A stretch of DNA of 32,000 nt from Paracoccus suum (GCF_003324675.1 NZ_CP030918.1:1350001-1382000); one strand, 5' to 3'. Numbered from the stretch's first letter, positions 16,038 through 24,248 are shown. Notes: generated by a model not told the origin, from the letters alone. Made by a program: numbers and translations.

Positions 16038-17198
16038 TCAGCGCAGATAGCTTTCGGGATCGACGCTTTCAAAGCCCTGGCGGACCTCGAAATGCAGCAC
16101 GCCGCTCTTGCTGGACTTTCCGATCGCCTGACCGGCCGACACTTTATCGCCCTTGGCGACGCTCAGATTGTCGAGGCCGGCATAGACGGTCATCAGCTCG
16201 CCGTCGTGGCGCATCACCACGATTGGAACGCCATCGGTGTCACGGGTGATCGCGGCGACCGTGCCGCTGCCGGCGGCCTTTACGGGGGTACCGGTCGGGG
16301 CGGACAGATCGATCCCCTCGTTCTTGCCCTTGGAATAGGCCCGGACGATCGAGCCCGTGACTGGCATCTGCAGCTTGCCCTTGCCGCCGGATGCGGCTGT
16401 GCGCGTGGCGCCGAGGTCGGGCGCGCTCGGACGGTCCACCTTGGCCGAGGCAGGGGTCGTGTCCTCGCGCGGCAGCGCGCGCGACGCTGACGGCGGCCGC
16501 GGGGTCGGGCTGCCGACGCCGGGCGCGGTGACCTGGGCCGTCGTCGAGGCGGTGGCCGCGGCGCCGGGAATGGCCAGCTTCTGGCCCGTCCGAACTGTCA
16601 TCGTATCGGCTGGCAGCGCGTTGGCGCTGGCCAGGTCGTTGACCGACACGCCATATTTCCGGGCAATCGACCAGGCGGTCTCGCCCGCTGCAACGGTGTG
16701 GCTGGTCGGCGCCCGGCCCGGGGTGGTGGTCGTGGTCGTCGTGGTGGTGGTTGTCGCGGCGCCAGTGGGCGTCGTCGCGGCCGGCGTCGTCACAGTGGTC
16801 TTTGTCACGGTGCCGCCCTGTGGCACGTCGGGTTGCTTGACGCCCTGGCCGGCGAAGGGGTCAGTGACCGCACCCGTCGCGGCCGTGGCGCCCGCACTGC
16901 CTGCCGTGCTGAACGGCCCGCCAATTCGGCCGCGCAGGTCGGGGTCGACCCCGGCCGCGCCCGCACCGCTGAACGGATTGTTGAGGCCGGCGAACGGGTT
17001 TTGCAACCCAGCGAGCGGACCACCCGACGCGCCACCGGTCCCGGTGGCCGTTCCGCCGGCGCACGAGGCCAGCGCCATCGCCGCGCCGCCCGCCAGCAAC
17101 CAGCGGGAGAGGCGCGCACCGCCGGCGCCCAACGCCGGCGCGCGCGCCGCAGCGCGGCCCGCATCCAAGGCCCGAGAGGCCGTCCTGATCGCATTCAT
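16038..17198 (-). CDS. nlpD: NlpD-like lipoprotein: LysM domain + degenerate LytM (M23) domain
   Basis: ATG 17198 (MNAIRT). Lipobox LASC, LysM domain HTVAAGETAWSIARKYGVSVNDLASANAL...GQKLAIP, and a C-terminal M23 fold. The catalytic His residues are replaced (NEGIDLSAPTGTPV instead of HxGxD; VLHFEVR instead of HxH), as in E. coli NlpD. It is the last gene of a surE-pcm-nlpD operon. Confidence 0.88.
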   Translation of the reverse strand: MNAIRTASRALDAGRAAARAPALGAGGARLSRWLLAGGAAMALASCAGGTATGTGGASGGPLAGLQNPFAGLNNPFSGAGAAGVDPDLRGRIGGPFSTAGSAGATAATGAVTDPFAGQGVKQPDVPQGGTVTKTTVTTPAATTPTGAATTTTTTTTTTTPGRAPTSHTVAAGETAWSIARKYGVSVNDLASANALPADTMTVRTGQKLAIPGAAATASTTAQVTAPGVGSPTPRPPSASRALPREDTTPASAKVDRPSAPDLGATRTAASGGKGKLQMPVTGSIVRAYSKGKNEGIDLSAPTGTPVKAAGSGTVAAITRDTDGVPIVVMRHDGELMTVYAGLDNLSVAKGDKVSAGQAIGKSSKSGVLHFEVRQGFESVDPESYLR

Positions 17199-17229
17199 TT
17201 TCTGCCCGTCCTCGCCTCGTATCCGGGGG

Positions 17230-17904
17230 TCATGTCTGGCCCAACCCCTCGACCAGCGGCACGAAACGCACCTGCCGGAGTTCGTCATATTCGTAGCCGT
17301 CCGAATGACGGGTCACGCGCAGAAGCGTCTGCACGGCATCCGACTGCCCGACCGGCAGCACCATGATACCGCCGATCTTGAGTTGCGACAACAGCGGCCC
17401 GGGCGGGTCCTCCGCCGCGGCGGTCACCAGGATGCGATCGAAGGGCGCCTGCTCGGGCAGCCCGCGACTGCCATCGGCGACGCGCGCGGTGATGTTGGTG
17501 AGGCCCAGGGCCGCGAACTGCGCCTCTGCCTCGATCACCAAACGACGGTGGCGGTCGACAGTATAGACGCGCCGGCACAGCAGCGCCAGGATCGCCGCCT
17601 GATAGCCAGAGCCGGTCCCGATCTCGAGGACGGTATCGCGCGGCCCGACGGCCAGGGCCTGGCTCATCAGGCCGACGACCGAGGGTTGGCTGATGGTTTG
17701 GCCGCACGGGATGGGCAGCGGCGTGTCATCATAAGCCCGGTCCTCGAACAGCCCGCGCACGAAGCGGCCGCGGTCGATCCGCTCCATCGCGGCCAGCACG
17801 CGCGCATCCGTCACCCCGCGCGAGCGCAGGGTCAGCAAAAAGCGCATCCGCGCCTCCTGCGGATCATCCTGCAGATGGGGGGCGGGCTGCGCCTCGTCGG
17901 TCAT
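17230..17904 (-). CDS. pcm: Protein-L-isoaspartate O-methyltransferase
   Basis: 224 aa from ATG 17904: [13 protein letters not shown], canonical SAM motif [16 protein letters not shown], and [10 protein letters not shown]. There is an ATGA overlap with the surE stop. Confidence 0.93.
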   Translation of the reverse strand: MTDEAQPAPHLQDDPQEARMRFLLTLRSRGVTDARVLAAMERIDRGRFVRGLFEDRAYDDTPLPIPCGQTISQPSVVGLMSQALAVGPRDTVLEIGTGSGYQAAILALLCRRVYTVDRHRRLVIEAEAQFAALGLTNITARVADGSRGLPEQAPFDRILVTAAAEDPPGPLLSQLKIGGIMVLPVGQSDAVQTLLRVTRHSDGYEYDELRQVRFVPLVEGLGQT

Positions 17905-18695
17905 GCGGGCTCCCACTCCCTTTGCAGCGCGGCCAAGCTGGGGTGGCAGGTCAGATCTGCGCGCATCGGGGTGACGGACACATAGCCGTCCATGTTCGCT
18001 GCGACATCGCTGCCCGGCCCCGCGGGCACATCCTGCGGACCGCCGCGCGCCCACAAGAACCGCCGTCCCGTGGGCGAGACGAATGGCTCGACCGAGAAAT
18101 TCGCACCCTGCCGCCGGCCCTGCGGGGTCAGGCGAATGCCACGCACCTTGTCGGCGGCGACAGCCGGGAAGTTGACGTTGTAGAACAGCGCGTAATCAGC
18201 GTTCAGATCCCACGGCGCGCGGTCGAGCAGGTTGCGGATCAGGGCCGGGCCGTGCTGGCGCGCTGCCTCGAACGGGTCCACGAGATCGCGGCTGCCCGGG
18301 CCCATGTATTGCGAGAGGGCAATGGCCGGTATGCCCTGCAGGGCGGCCTCCATCGCGCCGCCGATGGTGCCGGAATAGACCGCGTTCTCGCCCGAGTTAT
18401 TGCCGCGGTTGACGCCTGAAAGGACCAGGTCGGGGCGCAGATCGCCCATCGCGTCCGAGAGCGCCGCCATGACGCAATCGGCCGGGCTGCCCTCGGCCGC
18501 AAAGCGGCGCGGGCCGAGCGCCGCGATCATGGTCGGGTGGGTGTAGCTGATGGCATGGCCGACGCCGGATTGCTCGAATGCCGGTGCCACGACCCATATT
18601 TCCCCCTCGGGACCGGCGAGCTCGGCCGCAATAGCCTCGATCGCCGCCAGACCCGGGGCGTTGATGCCATCGTCATTGGTCAGAAGAATACGCAT
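17901..18695 (-). CDS. surE: 5'/3'-nucleotidase SurE
   Basis: [16 protein letters not shown]...SGVNRGNN...[11 protein letters not shown] is the canonical SurE sequence. Confidence 0.95.
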   Translation of the reverse strand: MRILLTNDDGINAPGLAAIEAIAAELAGPEGEIWVVAPAFEQSGVGHAISYTHPTMIAALGPRRFAAEGSPADCVMAALSDAMGDLRPDLVLSGVNRGNNSGENAVYSGTIGGAMEAALQGIPAIALSQYMGPGSRDLVDPFEAARQHGPALIRNLLDRAPWDLNADYALFYNVNFPAVAADKVRGIRLTPQGRRQGANFSVEPFVSPTGRRFLWARGGPQDVPAGPGSDVAANMDGYVSVTPMRADLTCHPSLAALQREWEPA

Positions 18696-18780
18696 CGCTG
18701 GCCTTTCGTTGCCAAGGTGATACCGGCGCGGGCCGGTCCCGGCAACGGGCGATGCGGCCTTGGGCGCTAGCGAGCCCGCG

Positions 18781-19959
18781 TCAGGCGCGCGCCGCGATCA
18801 CCGCGGTTGCGGCGTCAAGGCCACCCTGCCCGTGGGCGATGCCAAGCGCGCGCATCCCCGCCTCCATCACCGCCAGCACGCCGAGCGTCATATGCGCCGA
18901 AGCATGGCCCATATGCGCGATCCGCAGCGCGTCATCCGGCCGCTCGGCGCCGATCGCAACGCCCAGCGTGACACCGGCCTTCGTCGCCGTCCACTCGCGC
19001 AGGGCCGCTGCGCCCGGCAGATGCGCGGCGGTCACGGGCAGGCCGCGCTGCGCCGGATCGGCGACGTTCAACGCGATTCCGTTGCTACCTGCGCCCCAGG
19101 CATCGAAGGCCGCCCAGACCGCGGCGGCAAGCCCCGCGTGGCGGGCGAATGCGGCGTCCAACCCCTCCTCGTCCAGGAGCAGGCGCAGGGCTTCGTCGAG
19201 CGCGAACAGCAACTGGACTGGCGGCGTGCCGCCCCAATAGCGCCAGGCCTCGCCTGGCCCGGCGCGCATCGACCAGTCCCAATAGGGCGTTGCGAGGTCG
19301 CTGCGCGGCAGTGCCGCCGCGCGCTCTGACTGCCAGACGAAGGCCATGCCGGGCGGCGTCATCAGCCCCTTCTGGCTGGCGGAAACGACAACGTCGACGC
19401 CCCAATCGCCCATCCGCATCGCCTCGGAGCCGAGCGAGGCGATGGCGTCGACCGCCAGAAGGGCAGGATGATTGCCCATTGCCGCGCGCAGCGCCGGGAT
19501 GTCGTTGCGCACGCCGCTGGCAGTGTCTACCTGGGTGACCAGAACTGCATGGATCGCCCCCTCGCGGTCCGCGCGCAGGCGGTCGGCAAGCCGCTGCGGA
19601 TCTGCGGCGCGGTTGTTGCCGAAGTCGATCATCTCGACGTCGATGCCAAGACTGCCAGCGCTCGCCGCCCAGCCCAGGCCAAACGACCCCGTGGCGAGGA
19701 CAAGGGCCTTTTGCCGGCGATTGAAGAGATTCGTATTGGCAGCTTCCCAGCCAGCATGGCCATTGCCGGCATAGCTCGCCAGCCGGGCGACCCCGCCCCC
19801 GCCCAGCCGGGTCAGTTGGGCGTGGACGCGCTGGACCAGTTCCTCAAGCTCGGCCCCGTAAATGTCTGGCGAGGCGCGGTGCATTGCGCGCAGCACACTG
19901 GCAGGAAGGGGGCTGGGACCGGGAATGGCAATAGCCTGCTGCCCTTGGGAAAAACTCAT
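18781..19959 (-). CDS. Class V PLP-dependent aminotransferase (serine-pyruvate / alanine-glyoxylate type)
   Basis: 392 aa from ATG 19959 ([19 protein letters not shown]). The PLP-lysine motif is [14 protein letters not shown]. Overall the layout is AGT/SPT-like. Substrate unknown. Confidence 0.82.
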   Translation of the reverse strand: MSFSQGQQAIAIPGPSPLPASVLRAMHRASPDIYGAELEELVQRVHAQLTRLGGGGVARLASYAGNGHAGWEAANTNLFNRRQKALVLATGSFGLGWAASAGSLGIDVEMIDFGNNRAADPQRLADRLRADREGAIHAVLVTQVDTASGVRNDIPALRAAMGNHPALLAVDAIASLGSEAMRMGDWGVDVVVSASQKGLMTPPGMAFVWQSERAAALPRSDLATPYWDWSMRAGPGEAWRYWGGTPPVQLLFALDEALRLLLDEEGLDAAFARHAGLAAAVWAAFDAWGAGSNGIALNVADPAQRGLPVTAAHLPGAAALREWTATKAGVTLGVAIGAERPDDALRIAHMGHASAHMTLGVLAVMEAGMRALGIAHGQGGLDAATAVIAARA

Positions 19960-20030
19960 CGACGCGCACCCCGTGAAACCGTTGGGGCAAGTCGTAATCC
20001 GGGGTTCTGGCGCCGGCAATGGCAGTTCGC

Positions 20031-20390
20031 TCAGTCGCGCAGGCCTTCGATCGGGCGCAGGATACTGAGGACCTTGAAACTTGATTTATCCACCCGCGCC
20101 AAGGTCTTGCCGATGACGGCATAGGCCTCGCCCGCAGGGGCATCGGTCAGGCCATAGCGGCCGGGTTCAGTTATGATATGCGCGTCAGGGTAGGTGTTTC
20201 CGACGATCACGCCCGCAGGCGCGGTGGCCACGTTTCCATCCTTGGCCGCGCAGGGCGCGCCGGCCTCGCAGGCGGGCACGCCGCCGCCAAGAAACGGGGC
20301 CACGACGCCGGTGTTGGCGGCGAGGGCCGGCAGCAGCACTCCAAAGCTCAGGGCCGCCGCAATGGCCGCTGGAACGGCAAGCTGGCGCAT
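20031..20390 (-). CDS. Small secreted protein of unknown function (possibly RcnB/YohN-like periplasmic domain)
   Basis: 119 aa from ATG 20390, with GAGAGG about 8 nt upstream. Signal peptide MRQLAVPAAIAAALSFGVLLPALA-AN. The C-terminal pattern Y..HII.EPGRYGL.DAP.GE.Y.VIG..L.RVD resembles RcnB-family proteins. The family assignment is weak. Confidence 0.6.
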   Translation of the reverse strand: MRQLAVPAAIAAALSFGVLLPALAANTGVVAPFLGGGVPACEAGAPCAAKDGNVATAPAGVIVGNTYPDAHIITEPGRYGLTDAPAGEAYAVIGKTLARVDKSSFKVLSILRPIEGLRD

Positions 20391-20463
20391 CTTTGTTGCC
20401 TCTCTTTCCAGCGAATGAACGTCCGCCGGACCATGACGTTCCCGCATGGCACCCTGCCCGGGT

Positions 20464-21831
20464 TCACGCGTGTCGCCGCGGATTGATGCGCAGCCGGATC
20501 CCATCGCGCCCCCGCACCGTCAGGCGCGCTGTGGGGACCGGGTCGACGCCGCCCCGTTCCAGATGCAGCGAACGGCAGATCATTGCCAGCAGCAGCGGCC
20601 CCTCGATCATGGCAAATCCCGCGCCGGGACAGACTCGCTGGCCGGCGCCAAAGGGGAAATAGGCCGTGCGGGCGCAGGTCTTGCCGTTGTCTGTGTCCCA
20701 ACGGTCGGGGTCGAATCCGTCCGGATCTTCCCACAGCCGCTGATGGCGGTGCAGGTGCCAGGGCGAGACAACGATCTGCGCGCCGCGCGGCACGGGCCGG
20801 TCGCGGAACGTCTCGGGGCAGGCGGCCTCGCGCACGAACATCGGCACCGGCGGATAAAGGCGCATCGCCTCGCGGAATACGGCACGGGCTGCTTTCAGGC
20901 GCCCGGCGGCGGCGAAGTCGGGGGCCTCGCGCCCTGGCCCCAGTTCGGCAAGCGCCTCAGCCGCGACACGGTCCTGCCAGTCAGGCGCGGCGGCCAGCAA
21001 CCACAGCGCCCAGGCGAGCGCCGAGGCCGAGGTCTCGTGCCCCGCCAGAAAAAATGTCGCGACCTGATCGACCATCTCGCGCGCGTCAAAGCAGGCGCCG
21101 GTCTGGGGATCTGGCGTGGTCATGATCTTGCTCGCCAGATCGTCCGGGGCGGTGCCGGCGGCAATGTCGCTTGCGCGCTGGCGCACGAGTGCCTCGATCA
21201 GCCCGCGGATGCGGGCGGCGCTGGCGCGAGTGCGGCGTGAATGCGGCCGGAACCATGCCGGTAGCGGCAGAATCGCCGCCAGGTTGACCAGCGGCTGCGC
21301 GTCCTGATGTGCGCGAAAGGCCGAAAAGACCTGCGCCGCCGTCCGATCCTCGATCGGCAGCGAGAACAATGTGCGAAAGATCACGTCGGCGGCGGCGTGG
21401 CTGGTCTCGGGCTCGACGTCGATCTCGGTTCCCGCCTGCGCGGCGAGGCGATCCTCGGCGGCGAGGCCGGCGGCCCACATGGCGGGGAATTGCTGGCGCA
21501 GGCGGCCGCCCTCGAAGGCCGGGTCGATGATCCGGCGTGCGCGCGCCCAGTCCTCGCCATTGGCGATGAACACGGAATTGCCGACAAGCGGCGCCAGGCC
21601 GGCCGCCAGACGGCGCGATTTAGGGAAATCATTCGGCCGGGTTTTCAGGATCAGCTCGACGAGCGAGGGATCGTTGCAGATGAAGCTGTGGATCACCGGG
21701 GTGCGAAACTCGGCCATCCAGGCGCGGAAAAGGCGCGTCGGCAAGGCCGAGAGCAAATCGCGCCGGAAGGCGCGCGCGAGGCCGAGGACCGTGCCCCGGT
21801 CGTCGCCGGTGACGGGTTTGGGCGGGATCAT
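20464..21831 (-). CDS. Cytochrome P450 (CYP4/CYP102-like sequence class)
   Basis: 455 aa. I-helix FFLAGHETSASAL, ExxR EAMRLYPPVP, PERF-like DPDRW and Cys-ligand loop FGAGQRVCPGAGFA. No ferredoxin or reductase gene is adjacent. ATG 21831 overlaps the upstream stop (ATGA). Confidence 0.93.
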   Translation of the reverse strand: MIPPKPVTGDDRGTVLGLARAFRRDLLSALPTRLFRAWMAEFRTPVIHSFICNDPSLVELILKTRPNDFPKSRRLAAGLAPLVGNSVFIANGEDWARARRIIDPAFEGGRLRQQFPAMWAAGLAAEDRLAAQAGTEIDVEPETSHAAADVIFRTLFSLPIEDRTAAQVFSAFRAHQDAQPLVNLAAILPLPAWFRPHSRRTRASAARIRGLIEALVRQRASDIAAGTAPDDLASKIMTTPDPQTGACFDAREMVDQVATFFLAGHETSASALAWALWLLAAAPDWQDRVAAEALAELGPGREAPDFAAAGRLKAARAVFREAMRLYPPVPMFVREAACPETFRDRPVPRGAQIVVSPWHLHRHQRLWEDPDGFDPDRWDTDNGKTCARTAYFPFGAGQRVCPGAGFAMIEGPLLLAMICRSLHLERGGVDPVPTARLTVRGRDGIRLRINPRRHA

Positions 21832-23054
21832 GGCGCTGGGGCCATGCCGGTGTGGCGGTTGACTGGCCGGGTGATGCGGCCCGGCGAGGGCGGCCGTCCG
21901 GCAAAGCGCGACGCCAGGCTACGCGGCCCGGCTGTGATCGCGAAGTAATCGTAATCGCCGGGCCGGTCGAAGGCACAGAGGTATTGGAAATGCAGCCGGA
22001 ACCAGCGATTTTTTAGCTCGGCCTGCCGCTGTGGCGACAGGGTCTGGGTGAATGCCGCCGACATGACCAGCGGAAGGTGTTGCGGGTCGGGGGCGACGCC
22101 ACAGACCGCAACCGGATCACACAACCCGAACGAGCAGGCGTCTCCCGGCGCGGTCACATCGACCCAGGCGATGTCCTGGCGCCCTGCCAGTTCATGCAGA
22201 TCGCGCCGCAACTGCGCCGCGCGCGGAAGGAACGCGGCCATGGGCACGACATGCCCCAATGTCAGCAGGCCCAGCGCCGGTCGCTCGGGCGGCGGCCCGG
22301 CACGCAGATGCGCCGCCATGACCGAGATGGCCAGATAGGCGCCGGACGAATGGCCGATCAACAGCACCTCGTCCCAATCCTCGGCCGCAATGGTGCCGAG
22401 GCGGTCCGTAAACCGGGTCAGCCGGTCCTGCAGGGCGGGGGGATAGGCGCCGCCGTCGCCCGCGGTGAAGGCGTAGTCATGCATCAGGTAATAGGCGAGG
22501 AGGCGGCCATCCAGCCGGCGAAACCCGGCCAGAATCCCCCATAGCGCGCCGGCCGCGGGGATGATGCCGATGGGCCAGAACCGAGGCAGGACGCGCGCCA
22601 CCAGCCACCAGACCACCCCCGCGACGATCAGCGCCAGCAGCAATTGCCCCAGCAGCACGGCGACGGGATAGAGCGCGGCGATCACCGGACCCCGCCGAAG
22701 GCGCATCAGCCGCCACAGCGCACCGCTGCCGATATAGGCCCAAGCCGTCTTGGCGAGTTGACCGTAGGTCGCGAGGATCGAGCGGCCCATCGAGGCTGCG
22801 ACCACGTCCGACCAGGCCAGAACCTCGATCTCGGCCTCGGTGATCTGGCCGTCGAATTTGCCTGTGACCCCCCAGCCGAAGCCGGTGCGATCACGGCGTG
22901 CACCGAGGGTCAGGGCATAGCCGCTGATCGCCGCCTGGTCGGCGCCCTCGCGCCGGTAAAGCTCGCGGTAGCGGCGCGGGGGGATCGGGTCATACCCCGG
23001 CAGGTACAGGACCTTGCGGCGGCGGACCGGCGCATCCGCGCCCGGCGGGATCAC
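21828..23054 (-). CDS. Membrane protein of unknown family with a serine-hydrolase-like GHSSG elbow
   Basis: 408 aa, GTG start at 23054 overlapping the sulfotransferase stop (GTGA). There are two adjacent hydrophobic helices (VIAALYPVAVLLGQLLLALIVAGVVWWLV; FWPIGIIPAAGALWGILAGF). The C-terminal domain has VLLIGHSSGAYLAI (GxSxG) and a Cys-containing segment APGDACSFGLCDPVAVCG. I cannot assign a named family. Confidence 0.7.
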   Translation of the reverse strand: MIPPGADAPVRRRKVLYLPGYDPIPPRRYRELYRREGADQAAISGYALTLGARRDRTGFGWGVTGKFDGQITEAEIEVLAWSDVVAASMGRSILATYGQLAKTAWAYIGSGALWRLMRLRRGPVIAALYPVAVLLGQLLLALIVAGVVWWLVARVLPRFWPIGIIPAAGALWGILAGFRRLDGRLLAYYLMHDYAFTAGDGGAYPPALQDRLTRFTDRLGTIAAEDWDEVLLIGHSSGAYLAISVMAAHLRAGPPPERPALGLLTLGHVVPMAAFLPRAAQLRRDLHELAGRQDIAWVDVTAPGDACSFGLCDPVAVCGVAPDPQHLPLVMSAAFTQTLSPQRQAELKNRWFRLHFQYLCAFDRPGDYDYFAITAGPRSLASRFAGRPPSPGRITRPVNRHTGMAPAP

Positions 23055-23947
23055 AGGACCGCCGCGTCGCCGTCGCCCCGTCCCTTCGGCTGACGTTTTT
23101 GCAGCCGGGCATCGCGGTGCGGGCGCAAGATCGCGTGGACATGGCTGTAGAGGGCAACGTCCAGCGGGTTTTTCTCGCGGATTCGGGCAACGATTTCGGG
23201 CGTGACCTCGACCTCGGTCTCGCGGGTCGCAGGCGTGCGGCGCAGATGTTCCCGCGGCATCCGGCCCGGGTTGCCGGTCAGGGCAAAAAAGGTCGTGAAG
23301 GAAAAGGCGTACATTTCCAGCAGGCCGATGAAGGCGAATTTCTCCATGGCGTTGCGCAGGACGGTGGCGCGGTCGGCCTGTGGGCCGGCCACGAAGCGCG
23401 CCATCTTGTCGTGCGAGGCCGGGTGCTCGACATAGCTCAGTAGGGTCGGAAACTGGGCGATGAACTGGCGATGCGGGGGATGCATCTCGGTGCGCTGGTA
23501 GCGGTAGTCCGAGACAACGCGCGCCACCGGCGCCCGCAGGATGGTCATCAACTGCAGCTCCGGGCGCGCGGCCTGGATGCGCGTTGCCAGCGGGAACGGG
23601 ATATGCCCCGAGGCCGACCGGACCCGCGCCAGATCCGGCGAGGCGATGAACTGGTCGACGCAGTCGTTCAGCTGCTGATCGTGGGTGCGATCGCGGTTGG
23701 TGTAGTCGATATGGACGTTCTTGTAGGGTTTAAGGACCGCGCGCAGTTCGTTCGAAAAGGACGAGCCTGCCGTCTTGGGGATATGGACAAAGAACCAGGG
23801 CGCGGCGGGCGGCGCCGCAGCGAGATAATCGTCCAGCGACTGGGTCTTGAGGTCCCCGAAACGCACATCCGGCCCCCTTGCGCCAGTGCCGCGCGACCTG
23901 CTGTCTGCGGCTGAATGGGGCTTAGCATCGCCGTTTCGCGCTGCCAA
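23051..23947 (-). CDS. Sulfotransferase family protein (Sulfotransfer_2-like)
   Basis: WFFVHIPKTAGSSFSNEL matches the PAPS 5'-phosphosulfate-binding loop (IPKTxGTS type) of family 2 sulfotransferases. The start is uncertain: TTG 23947 (track) or in-frame GTG 23866. There is no in-frame ATG before the motif. Confidence 0.8.
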   Translation of the reverse strand: MAARNGDAKPHSAADSRSRGTGARGPDVRFGDLKTQSLDDYLAAAPPAAPWFFVHIPKTAGSSFSNELRAVLKPYKNVHIDYTNRDRTHDQQLNDCVDQFIASPDLARVRSASGHIPFPLATRIQAARPELQLMTILRAPVARVVSDYRYQRTEMHPPHRQFIAQFPTLLSYVEHPASHDKMARFVAGPQADRATVLRNAMEKFAFIGLLEMYAFSFTTFFALTGNPGRMPREHLRRTPATRETEVEVTPEIVARIREKNPLDVALYSHVHAILRPHRDARLQKRQPKGRGDGDAAVL

Positions 23948-23966
23948 GCGCGGGCAGGCCGGCCGA

Positions 23967-24131
23967 TCAGGTCGCGCGGTCGATCAAGATGGTCACGAAC
24001 AACCCGACAAGCGCGAAGATGAGGGCGAAGACCAGGATGTAAAGCGCCCGGTCTTTGACGTTGCCACCCAGTGCCGCGGCCCGGCGCCAGCCGAGCAATC
24101 CACCGATGACGAGTGCTGCGAGAATGATCAT
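23967..24131 (-). CDS. Small (54 aa) two-helix membrane protein, unknown function
   Basis: ATG 24131: MIILAALVIGGLLGWRRAAALGGNVKDRALYILVFALIFALVGLFVTILIDRAT. Two hydrophobic helices are separated by a basic loop. It ends 19 nt upstream of the sulfotransferase ORF on the same strand. The longer track ORF (to 24227) adds an Arg-rich, unlikely N-terminus. Confidence 0.5.
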   Translation of the reverse strand: MIILAALVIGGLLGWRRAAALGGNVKDRALYILVFALIFALVGLFVTILIDRAT

Positions 24132-24206
24132 GCGGCGCGGTGTAGTCCGCCGCCGCCGCAAGCGAAAGCCCCCGTCGCACAAGGGCCGCCGCGCATGACG
24201 CGCCGC

Positions 24207-24248
24207 TTGATCCGCGCCTGTGGGCACACTAGTGTTAACAGCAACACT
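24207..24248 (+). promoter_or_regulatory. Candidate ppx promoter (TTGATC, 17 nt, TAGTGT) overlapping the inverted repeat AGTGTT-n6-AACACT
   Basis: This is the only AT-rich patch in the 137-bp divergent intergenic region. The -35 is at 24207-24212 and the -10 at 24230-24235. The inverted repeat is at 24231-24236 / 24243-24248. GGAGGG RBS at 24254-24259, ATG at 24269. Confidence 0.35.

Noticed and set aside
16715-16800. Periodic GGT/GTC-rich DNA that looks like a short tandem repeat.
   Set aside because: It is the coding sequence of the NlpD Thr/Pro-rich linker (triplet periodicity, in frame), not a non-coding repeat or CRISPR-like array.
16357-17985. 542-aa plus-strand ORF antisense to nlpD and pcm.
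   Set aside because: It is a shadow ORF. Its poly-Val run is simply the reverse complement of the NlpD poly-Thr tract.
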